A stretch of DNA of 60,996 bases from a virus. Shown here piece after piece: positions 35,610-44,600 of the stretch. Under the pieces are notes generated by a model that saw only the letters and a program-made list of their open reading frames with translations, did not search any database and was not told where the DNA came from. The stretch spans positions 1 through 60,996 of IMG/VR virus record IMGVR_UViG_2788500553_000001; one strand, 5' to 3'. The translations under genes and the position numbers were made by a program. How positions within the stretch are numbered: position 1 is the stretch's first letter; the number at the start of each line of letters is the position of its first letter.

Positions 35610-35780
35610 ATGAGCGCGGTTGACAAGTACACGCGTATCGGTGACATCGAGAACCCTGAGCGGCGCGATGTGTTGGTTCAGGCGATCGCCGAGCGTCGGG
35701 GGTGTGATGTCGCCGAAGTGAGCGAAGAAGTCGAGTCGATACTGTCGAACTTCGATGTTGATGCGGTTTACGTTGAGTAA
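35610..35780 (+). CDS. 56-aa hypothetical protein (not in ORF track)
   Basis: MSAVDKYTRIGDIENPERRDVLVQAIAERRG... Confidence 0.5.
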   Translation: MSAVDKYTRIGDIENPERRDVLVQAIAERRGCDVAEVSEEVESILSNFDVDAVYVE

Positions 35781-35794
35781 GGAAGTGATCAGAC

Positions 35795-36139
35795 GTGGTC
35801 GTTGGAACGTCGATAGGGTTGTTTCAGGCAGTCGTCGGCGATTACATCGCGTGGGTTCTTGGTTCACTCACACTCACAATCGCCGCGTTGGGGCGTGAAC
35901 TGTACCGCGACCGCCAGCGAGTGAACGAGCTGTGGGATGAGTTGGAGATGAGCGCAAACAAGAGTCGGCTGGAGTATCACGAGGAACGCCTCGACCAACT
36001 GGAGGAGTCGCAGGCGCGTCTCGAACGGTACTTCGAGGGCGACCCGAAGGATCCCGGTGATGCCGGTCTCCTTCAGGACGTACACGACATCAAAGACGAG
36101 GTTCACAAAATAAGCGACGGTGAGTCAGACGATGAGTAG
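35795..36139 (+). CDS. Membrane-anchored coiled-coil protein (possible lysis function)
   Basis: N-terminal TM (YIAWVLGSLTLTIAALG) followed by a heptad-rich acidic region. Confidence 0.55.
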   Translation: MVVGTSIGLFQAVVGDYIAWVLGSLTLTIAALGRELYRDRQRVNELWDELEMSANKSRLEYHEERLDQLEESQARLERYFEGDPKDPGDAGLLQDVHDIKDEVHKISDGESDDE

Positions 36140-36671
36140 CGACGCAACTGAGCTAACCGACCTCCAACGTGTCGGCCCGAGCATCGCTGAGTCACTTCGC
36201 GAGGCTGGGTACGAGACGGTCGACGAGGTTCTCGACGCTGATCCTGATACGCTCGCCGACGAAGTCGACGGTATCGGCGAAACGTCGGCCCGCATCATTC
36301 AGGGCGACGAGGAGGACACCAGCGGCCGGCCCGACAAGTTGGAACAGTATCGCGACTCGATCCTCGATGCGGCCGAACGTGGCCTGACATACGAGGGAAT
36401 CGCCCGTGTCGCCGGGATTGGGAAGTCGACGTTATACGAGTGGTTCGAGCGATATCCCGAATTCTCGGACGAAGTCAAACGCGCACGAGCAAGAGCAGAG
36501 CGTGAGCTGATTCGCGACTGCTCGCCCGAGTTCGTGTTACAGACCTCGTACGGCTACACCAAGACCGAGGAGAAGCAGGTCAGCATGGACGCGGACGTGT
36601 CGGTCGATGCCGAGGAAAACGTGACGGCCGATTTCGTGACCTACGATTCGGAGGACGAAACCGATGAGTGA
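36132..36671 (+). CDS. terS: Terminase small subunit with extra N-terminal HhH domain
   Basis: GRP.K, HTH (IARVAGIGKSTLYEW...YPEFSD); upstream of terL. Confidence 0.75.
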   Translation: MSSDATELTDLQRVGPSIAESLREAGYETVDEVLDADPDTLADEVDGIGETSARIIQGDEEDTSGRPDKLEQYRDSILDAAERGLTYEGIARVAGIGKSTLYEWFERYPEFSDEVKRARARAERELIRDCSPEFVLQTSYGYTKTEEKQVSMDADVSVDAEENVTADFVTYDSEDETDE

Positions 36672-36933
36672 CGACGACCTCGTTCCGGTTCGGCTTCAGG
36701 CGTACGAAGACGAGGCGGACCTCGATATCGGCGATAATGGCACAGTCCAGAACCACGACGAACTCGTCAACTCCGGGCAGACGTACACCGAGGTTCGGGC
36801 GTTGACTCGGGCGTCGGCTGTTCGTCACGACCTGATGGTCGTCGAGCCGGGCGATTCGTTGTGGGACGATCGACTGGCCGACCTTGATGTCGGAGACGCG
36901 TGGCGTGCGGAGGAGCTACGCGGAGATGATTGA
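36664..36933 (+). CDS. Hypothetical protein
   Basis: Acidic 89 aa, overlapping start/stop codons. Confidence 0.55.
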   Translation: MSDDDLVPVRLQAYEDEADLDIGDNGTVQNHDELVNSGQTYTEVRALTRASAVRHDLMVVEPGDSLWDDRLADLDVGDAWRAEELRGDD

Positions 36934-37090
36934 AGCGGAAGACCCATCGACCGCGTACACCTTCGACACGCCAGACGTCCGCGTCTTCGCCGTCTCTGGC
37001 GACCCGGACAAACTCGCGTTCTACGAACCGCCGGGGCGGGAGACGTACCTCGCGATGGAAGAGCCGATCGACCTTCACGAGTACCGATGA
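36926..37090 (+). CDS. Hypothetical microprotein
   Basis: MIEAEDPSTAYTFDTPDVRVFAV... Confidence 0.5.
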   Translation: MIEAEDPSTAYTFDTPDVRVFAVSGDPDKLAFYEPPGRETYLAMEEPIDLHEYR

Positions 37091-37244
37091 ACGAAATCGA
37101 AGCCCTACTGCTCGGTTTTGCGCTCGGCTCGATCCCGTCGTTGGAGTCGGCGCGGATCATGGTCGCAACGCTCGGTAAGCGTCTCGGCGTCAAACCGGCT
37201 GAAATACAGGAGTACAACTCGACGACCAACGACCCCGACGACGG

Positions 37245-37457
37245 ATGACTGACAAGACGCTCAAGCTCACGACTGACGAACAGCGCGCGGCGTTCGACGA
37301 TGTTCTTGAACTCCTCGACGCGGACATCGAGGCCGGCATCGTCGATGGCGAACAGGCGAGCCGCGGGCGTCGTGCCGGTGAGGTGACGTACGGCGAGGCG
37401 GTGCGGATCCTCGCCGAGGCGTATCGCGGGACTCTCGATATTGACCCGGCCTCGTAA
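37245..37457 (+). CDS. Small protein, possible RHH-type DNA binder
   Basis: KTLKLTTDEQRAAF...TYGEAVRILAE. Confidence 0.55.
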   Translation: MTDKTLKLTTDEQRAAFDDVLELLDADIEAGIVDGEQASRGRRAGEVTYGEAVRILAEAYRGTLDIDPAS

Positions 37458-37459
37458 CG

Positions 37460-38749
37460 ATGAGTGCCGCCACGGCAAATCGACAGCCCCTCACGCCAGC
37501 TCCGGCGTTCGAGACGCACGAGAAACAGCAAGAACTCGTGGCGTCGCCCGAGCGGTTCCGTGTTGCCTCGTGGGGCCGCCGGGCAGGCAAGAACATCTCG
37601 GCGGTAATCGACCTCGTCGAGCACGTTCGGTATCCGTGGCGGTTTGAGTGGGGGACCGACGATCCTGATGACTACCTCATCTGGTGGCTCGGCCCGTCGT
37701 ACGACCAAGCGAATAAGTACGGGTTCCAGACGTTCATCGCTGCGATCCCCGACTCATGGATCGACGATGTCAACCGGACAAAGCCGTACGTCGTTGTGCT
37801 GTCGAACGGCGTTACAGTCGAGTTCCGGACGTACGACCGCCCCGACTCGCTTCAGGGCGCCGGCGTCGACCACATGATCGTCGACGAGGCATACCAGATG
37901 CCCGAGGAGGTGTGGTATTCGGACCTCGACCCCATGCTCCTCGACACGCGGGGTTCGGTCCTGTTCATCTCGAAACCCAAATCCCGGTTTTTCAAGAAGC
38001 TGTATGAACGGGGAGAATCCCCGGACTTCGAGGAGTGGGCGTCGTTCCACGCGACGAGCGCAGATAACCCGTTCATCGACGAAAATCCGGAGGATAAACG
38101 GGGCGAAGTCCCCGACATGGTGTTTCGGCAGGAGTATCTCGCCGAGTTTGTCGACGACGAGGGCGATGTATTCGGGGCAATCGACGATCTCCTGTTCACG
38201 CTCGACGGGCCGCCGGACGAGCCGACCCCGCCGTTCGTTCATGGCTGGGACCTCGCCCGCCACGACGACTACACCGTCGGCGTCGTCTTGGACGCAGACG
38301 GGCGTCTTGTCGAGTTCGAGCGGATGCGGGATAAGTCGTGGCCGCAAATCGAGGACGCCATTAGAACGGCGGCACGGCGCAGAGACGGCATCGTGGCGAT
38401 GGACGCGACCCGCGATAACAAGCTCGTCGCGGACATCGGCGCCGACCACGCCGTCGAACCGATCAAGTTCACGCGGCAGACGAAAACGGACCTCGTCGAG
38501 AACCTCGCGACCCGAGTAGAGAACGGCGAGTTGTCGGCGTACGATGTGCCGCAACTCCGGCACGAGATGACGGTGTTCACGTACGAGGTGACGCCGTCGG
38601 GCAACGTCCACTACGCGGCGCCGGAGGGGTACAAAGACGACTGTGTCGACGCGCTGGCGATGGCGGCCGATCAGTTGTCGCAGGTACAGGCGATGAAGCG
38701 GCGCAAGGATAACCGCGACGACGATCGCGGTGGAGTGACCTACATATGA
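37460..38749 (+). CDS. terL: Terminase large subunit
   Basis: Walker A GRRAGKN, Walker B IVDEA, nuclease GWDLA and DDCVDALA. Confidence 0.95.
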   Translation: MSAATANRQPLTPAPAFETHEKQQELVASPERFRVASWGRRAGKNISAVIDLVEHVRYPWRFEWGTDDPDDYLIWWLGPSYDQANKYGFQTFIAAIPDSWIDDVNRTKPYVVVLSNGVTVEFRTYDRPDSLQGAGVDHMIVDEAYQMPEEVWYSDLDPMLLDTRGSVLFISKPKSRFFKKLYERGESPDFEEWASFHATSADNPFIDENPEDKRGEVPDMVFRQEYLAEFVDDEGDVFGAIDDLLFTLDGPPDEPTPPFVHGWDLARHDDYTVGVVLDADGRLVEFERMRDKSWPQIEDAIRTAARRRDGIVAMDATRDNKLVADIGADHAVEPIKFTRQTKTDLVENLATRVENGELSAYDVPQLRHEMTVFTYEVTPSGNVHYAAPEGYKDDCVDALAMAADQLSQVQAMKRRKDNRDDDRGGVTYI

Positions 38750-38975
38750 GTGACGACGGCATCGAACGCCGGAAGTTCGGCATCGACGGCGGCGCATCGG
38801 TTGTGAACAAACTCGACGCTGACGACGACGGAGACGATGAGGCGGACGGAGACGGATAGCGACGTGTTCGAGAAGTCGGTGCGCGAACTCGCACAGGAGA
38901 ACCTCGTTTCTTGCGGGATTTGCGGGCGACCCTTCCCGTCGGAGCGAGCGATGAAAATCCATAAAAACGACCAGC

Positions 38976-40499
38976 ATGAGCGCGAGTGACGATTCAGCCG
39001 GACAGGCAGACCTCAACGTCTACTATCCCGGCGCCGACGGAACACTCGAAAAAGCCGCCGAGTCGCAGCAGCTCGACGAGCGGCACGTCGGCCGAACGAT
39101 CGGCGGCGGCATCAGTCCGCCGTATCCGCCGGCGAAGCTCGCGACGTTACAGGAGATTAACGGCACCCACGCCGTCGCGATTAAGAAGAAGTCCGTTCGC
39201 GAGGTCGGCTTCGGCTTCGACATCGTGCCTCATCCCGAGGCCGAGGATCCGAGCGAGGACGAGAAAGAGGTCCTACAGGAGTTCTGGCACGGTCGGGAAT
39301 CGATTTGGAAAACCGGGCCGCAGGGCACGCCCGCTTCGACGCCGACTGAGGTATTCGAGGTGAGCCGGCGTGACTGGCACGGCGTTGGCTGGCAGGCGAT
39401 CGAGGTGATGTATTCGGCCGACGATCAGCCGGTCGGCCTCGCGGCGGTGCCTGCCGAGGAGATTCGGGTTCGGAAAGGCAGTTCCTCTCCCGTTTCGGTC
39501 GGCCACGGCTACGTTCAGGAAGATGACGGCCTTACGGTGTATTACGGCGAGGCCGGGGATCGGGGGCAGCGCGTTCAAATGGAGTCTGACGAATCCCCCA
39601 CGTACGTCGATCGGAAGACGGGCGAGACGGCGGAGGATCCGAACGACCTGAAAAACGAGCCCGCCAACGAACTCCTGTTTATCCCGAACCAGCACCCGTT
39701 AACGAAGTACTACGGCATCCCTGATTGGGTCGCGGAGGTCGAGACCATGATGGCCGACCAGTCGGCCAAGGAGTTCAACCGTCGGTTTTTCGATTACGAC
39801 GCGATGCCGCAGTACGCGGTTATCGTTGAGGACGGCCGGCTGACGGAGCAGTCTCGTAAGAGCCTCCGTGAGTTGGTGGATCGGCTTCGGAAAAGCGAGG
39901 ATCGTCGCATGGTCGTTCTTGAGGCGGAGGAACTCGCCGACTACGACATCGACACGGCAGACGGTGGGACGCCGAAAATCCGCATCGAACCGCTTAGTTC
40001 GCAGGGAGAGGAGGATATGGCGTTTACCGAGTTCCGCCGGATGAACGAGCATGACATAGCGAAGGTTCACGAGGTGCCGCACGTCCTGATCAACCGGTTG
40101 GAGTCATCCAATAAGGCCAACTCGCGCCAGCAAATCCGCGATTTCACCGAGGAAGTCATTAAGCCTCAACAGAAGCGGTTTGCGGAGCGTATCTACCGTG
40201 TCATCCACCAAGAGGTTCTTGGCGTCGACGACTGGACAATCGAGTTCCATACAAAAGGGACGGATCAACTCACCGAAGCGGAGTTAGCACAGACCCGGAT
40301 CGCGGCGTCCAACGGGTCGATGTACGTCAACGAAGCCCGTGAGGAACTCGGCCTCGAACCGAAAGACGAGTTGGAGGGCCTGTTGCTCGCAGAGTTAAAC
40401 AATCCGAAAATCGGCGATGGGGCGCCGACCAACGCCCCGGTTCAACAGCCGCCGGCCGGAGAGGGCGGTAACGGCTCCTCGTCTCCGTTCGGAGAATGA
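38976..40499 (+). CDS. Portal protein
   Basis: 507 aa after terL; YYGIPDW, NRRFF, FTEFRR.NEHDIAKVHEVP, YVNEAREELGLEP. Confidence 0.9.
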   Translation: MSASDDSAGQADLNVYYPGADGTLEKAAESQQLDERHVGRTIGGGISPPYPPAKLATLQEINGTHAVAIKKKSVREVGFGFDIVPHPEAEDPSEDEKEVLQEFWHGRESIWKTGPQGTPASTPTEVFEVSRRDWHGVGWQAIEVMYSADDQPVGLAAVPAEEIRVRKGSSSPVSVGHGYVQEDDGLTVYYGEAGDRGQRVQMESDESPTYVDRKTGETAEDPNDLKNEPANELLFIPNQHPLTKYYGIPDWVAEVETMMADQSAKEFNRRFFDYDAMPQYAVIVEDGRLTEQSRKSLRELVDRLRKSEDRRMVVLEAEELADYDIDTADGGTPKIRIEPLSSQGEEDMAFTEFRRMNEHDIAKVHEVPHVLINRLESSNKANSRQQIRDFTEEVIKPQQKRFAERIYRVIHQEVLGVDDWTIEFHTKGTDQLTEAELAQTRIAASNGSMYVNEAREELGLEPKDELEGLLLAELNNPKIGDGAPTNAPVQQPPAGEGGNGSSSPFGE

Positions 40500-41320
40500 T
40501 CAAACGCTCGTCGACGGGCAAGCCGGTCGTCGTTCATAAAGTCGAGGACGCGCCGGAAGTGGAGTCGGTGATGCGGTCGTTCCGTCGGCAACTCCGCGAC
40601 GTGTTCGACGACCTCCGTTCAGAGATCGAGCAGACGGTGCGAGACGCCGTTGCTGACCCGGAGGGTGACTGGCAGGCGGTAGTCGACAAACTCGCCAGAG
40701 CCTACCGAGACGCGATTCTCTCGACGTTTCTCTCCGGCATCGGCGATGGCCTTACGGCCGGGCGACGGGCGACGGCCCGGCGCTACGGCATGGCGATCGA
40801 CTTCGACATCACTCCAGAGTCGGCGATCGAGAACGTCGACGAGTATGTTGAGAGAGTCACCGACGAAGTCATCGACACGATCGGCGGTCGCCTCGGGCCG
40901 CGGCTCCGTGATTGGTTCGAGAACGGACTAAGTTATGACGAGGTCGCCGAGCGCATCCAGCAGGAGTCTCGCGACGTGCTTGGCGAGTACGCGCTCGAAC
41001 GCCACGCCCGGACTCTCGTTCATGGCGCAGCGGAGCGCGGCAATCAGTCGGCAATCGAGGATAGTTCGGCGATCGGCAAAGAGTGGATCGCGACAGACGA
41101 CAACCGGACGCGGCTTACACATCGACGCGCCGACGGTCAAATCGTGCCGGTCGAAGGCCAGTTCGATGTCGGTCAAACGGACCTGTTTCATCCCGGCGAT
41201 CCGACGGGGCCGCCCGGAGAAATCGTGAATTGTCGCTGTACCTGTGTTCCCGTATTTGAAAGCGATTTGACCGAAGAACAGGCGCGACGGCTCAAACGGG
41301 GCGAGCGGCTGTACCTCTAA
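40496..41320 (+). CDS. MuF / SPP1 gp7-like head morphogenesis protein
   Basis: KEWIATDDNRTR.TH...DGQ, PGD...GEIVNCRC. Confidence 0.9.
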   Translation: MIKRSSTGKPVVVHKVEDAPEVESVMRSFRRQLRDVFDDLRSEIEQTVRDAVADPEGDWQAVVDKLARAYRDAILSTFLSGIGDGLTAGRRATARRYGMAIDFDITPESAIENVDEYVERVTDEVIDTIGGRLGPRLRDWFENGLSYDEVAERIQQESRDVLGEYALERHARTLVHGAAERGNQSAIEDSSAIGKEWIATDDNRTRLTHRRADGQIVPVEGQFDVGQTDLFHPGDPTGPPGEIVNCRCTCVPVFESDLTEEQARRLKRGERLYL

Positions 41321-41544
41321 CTCGCGGCGGTGTTCGACTTGTCTTCGTCGCCGTTGAGCGCGTTACGGATCGCCTCGTCTGGCGCGGTGCGAAGTGTAGC
41401 AATCGGCCAAGCGTACGGAAGCGCTCGCATACCGAACGGGAAGCCGACGATTGAGGCCATGAGCGCGATCGACATCACAGCCCAGACGAGTCCGAATACC
41501 CAGCCGAGCGTGAGGAACCATACGAGCCGTTTCACGAGGGCCAT
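41317..41544 (-). CDS. YccF-domain small membrane protein, inverted inside the head module
   Basis: LVWFLTLGWVFGLVW...SIVGFPFG...AWP. Confidence 0.75.
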   Translation of the reverse strand: MALVKRLVWFLTLGWVFGLVWAVMSIALMASIVGFPFGMRALPYAWPIATLRTAPDEAIRNALNGDEDKSNTAAS

Positions 41545-41615
41545 ATGCGCGAATACTCGGACAGTTGACTAAAAAGTGACGGCAAAACGACTGATTCGGT
41601 TATCAAAGTGAAGAT

Positions 41616-44600
41616 ATGACGGACACACTACAGAAGTCGGTTAAAATCGAGAAGGTCGACACCGAGGCCCGAACAGCGACCGGGGCGGTCATGATCCCGA
41701 ACGAGGTCGACCGCCAGCGCGACTTCGCTCGGCCCGATGCGATTCGTCGCATGGTCGAGCCGAACCCCGACGACGGCGTCCTTCACGTCGCCTTCCCTGA
41801 CGACGCGGCGGAGTTGACTCGCTACGAAGTCGTCGACGAGCCGACGACGATCGGCGAGACGGAGTTTCCCGCGGGGACGCTAATCGCGACGCGGAAGTAC
41901 CACGACGACGCGCTTTGGCAGCTCGTTCGCGACGGTATCCTCGACGGCTTTTCGATCGGCGGTGCCGTGTTCGACGAGCGTGAGTACGGCTCCGCGGCGG
42001 AGGTGCCGCGCGATGTGCGCTTCCCCCCGGCGATCGAAGAGGGGCCGGCGACGGAGATCGTCGACGGTCGGATCAGCGAAGTGTCGGATGTCGACGTGCC
42101 GGCGGTGCCGCGGGCGACGTTCCGCGAGTTGGGGAAGCTTGGAAAGAGTGTCATCGACGACATTAGCGGGAAGTCGGAGTTCGTCGACGTGTTCACCGAG
42201 CGGGGACATGACCCCGACGATGCGCGGCGTCTCTGGCGGTATTTGGACGAACAGACCGACGCGAACGTTTCCCCCTCCGGCGTCCCTGAACCCGCAGAGA
42301 CGGCAGAGACGCGCGAGCAATCGCCTGTCAATCGCGCCGCGGGCATGATCCTCGACGCGCTCCGGACGCTGACCCGCGCCGCCGATGGCGACGGCGGGCA
42401 GTCGGACATCGACGCCCTCGCCGAGCAGGTCGACGTCTTGCCGCCGGGCCTCGATTCGATCAGCACGGCGTGGCTCAACCGTTGGGCGGAATGGATTGCC
42501 GCCGGCCGCCCGGAAATCACCGAGACGGCGACCGAAGCCACGAAGGTCGAGAAAGACTTCAACCCCGCGCTTCATCCGCGCGACCCGGATACCGGCCAGT
42601 TCGTCGAGCGTCGGTTCGACCTGCCCGACGACGCTCCTAACTTCGGTGAGATGTCGACCAAAGAGACGCTCGCGTACATCGAGGAGAACGGCGGGCCGGT
42701 CGATCCGATATTCGACCCCGATGCGAACGTCACCGTTGACGGTGTGCCGAATAACGCTACGTCGGTCGAGGAGATACCCGAAGAAGCGGACGAGGCCGAC
42801 CCCGGCCGCCTCCTCGATGTCGACGCGTTGAGTGGCGGCGACGAAGTCGTGATCGACACCGAGCAGGGCGTGACGATGCGCGGCACCGTCGAAGGTAGTA
42901 CCGACGACGGCTGGATCGACCTCGATCAAGGTGACGACGGAATCAACATGGTTCAGGTCGGCGATGTCGCCGAGGTCCGCGCCGACGGCGAGGTGTCGGA
43001 TGAGGCGGTCGTTGATGCGTCGACGGTGGACACGGACGAGTTCGAGGAGTTCGATCCCCACGTCATCGACGATATCGAGGAGGGCATGACCGTCGAGGCT
43101 GATGTGCCGTCGAAACCGGAAAACCCGACCGGTGAGGTGACCGACACGGGAGACGGCTGGATCGAAATCGACGGCGAGGAGGCCGTGTTCGAGTACCAGT
43201 CCGAAGGCGTCCGTGTTTCGCCCGACGACCTCGATGACCTCGACCCGTCGATTAACTTCGACGAGTACGACGACATCACGGAGCTGCCGGACGATGCGAG
43301 TGTTTCCCTCTACTCGCCCGAGGAAGGCCTCATCGACGATGCCGAAGTTGCGTACGCCGGTGACTTCTCCGTCGCTGTTGAAAACGAGAACGGCTATTAC
43401 ACGTTCAACGCCGAGGATGTCGACGGGTTCGGCGATCCCGACGAGTTCGACCCGACGATCGACGAGCAGCTCACCGAGCAAGTGAGTCAGGGCCAAGTAG
43501 TGCGCGTCGATACCGCGACAACTGGATCAATTGAAGGGTCCGTCGTCGCTGTTGGCTCCTCAACGGTCGGCGTCGACCTCGGACCGGGAGACGGTGTTCA
43601 CACAGTCGATGACCTCGATGTCGTCGATTACGATGTCGTCGATTCCGGCGACGATGAGGACGAGATCGATACCGGCGATATCCCTCCAGTCGTTCCGGAC
43701 TCCGCAACGCCTGTTGAACCTGCGGATGTCTCCACCGGCGATCGTGTCGGTTTGTTCACCGCCGAGGGGGCGTTCGACTACGAGGAAGACGAATATCACG
43801 AAGGCGAAGTTGTGAATACGTTGGACGGCGGCGGCCTCGTACTTGACGAAGGCGGCGAGGACACCAATCACTTCTCTCCGTTTGAAATCGATGAGGCATA
43901 CGACCTCGGCGATACCGATGACGAACAGGACCTCGTGTTTGACACGGTGGTCGAGCCTCAGGATGTCGATGAAGGCGATCGCGTCGAGATCGATATTTCC
44001 GAGGGCGTGATGGAGCCCGGCGTCGAGCCGGGCGATACGATCCGGGGTGAAGTGACGAATCAAGGCGGAACTAATCTCGACATCGAAACTGACGACGGCC
44101 AGTCATACTCGCTGGTCGGATTCGAGCAGGAGGAGATACGCCTCGGAACGCCCGAAGATGATGGAGACACCAGCGATACCGGTGAAACCGCAGAGACGGC
44201 CACAGATGCGGCGGTGTTCGGCCCTGGTGAGGAAATCGACGACCCCGCATCCCTCGATGTCGGTGACACCGCGTATATCGACGCCGATTGGATGGATGAG
44301 CCAAAGCAGGTCGAGGTGACGTGGAGCCCCGACTATACGGACGGGATGGAAGTCGACACGGAACTCGGCGGTGAATTGACGGTCAGCGATGAAGAGTACA
44401 CGTTTTACGAGGACTCGTCGAGCGGGTTCGTCGGCGGCTACACGATCCCGTCGACCGAAACGCTGGACACGAACGTCGACCACGACGAAGCGGTCGCGTT
44501 CAACGAGGAACTCGCCGAACGCGTCGATAGCGGTGATCCGACCGACATCAACGCGACGACGTACAACACCTACGCCGGGTCGATTCAGGACCCGAACCTC

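Noticed and set aside
21272-38749. Inteins in polB, rfc or terL
   Set aside because: Protein lengths are normal and no C...HN splice junctions or LAGLIDADG motifs are visible.
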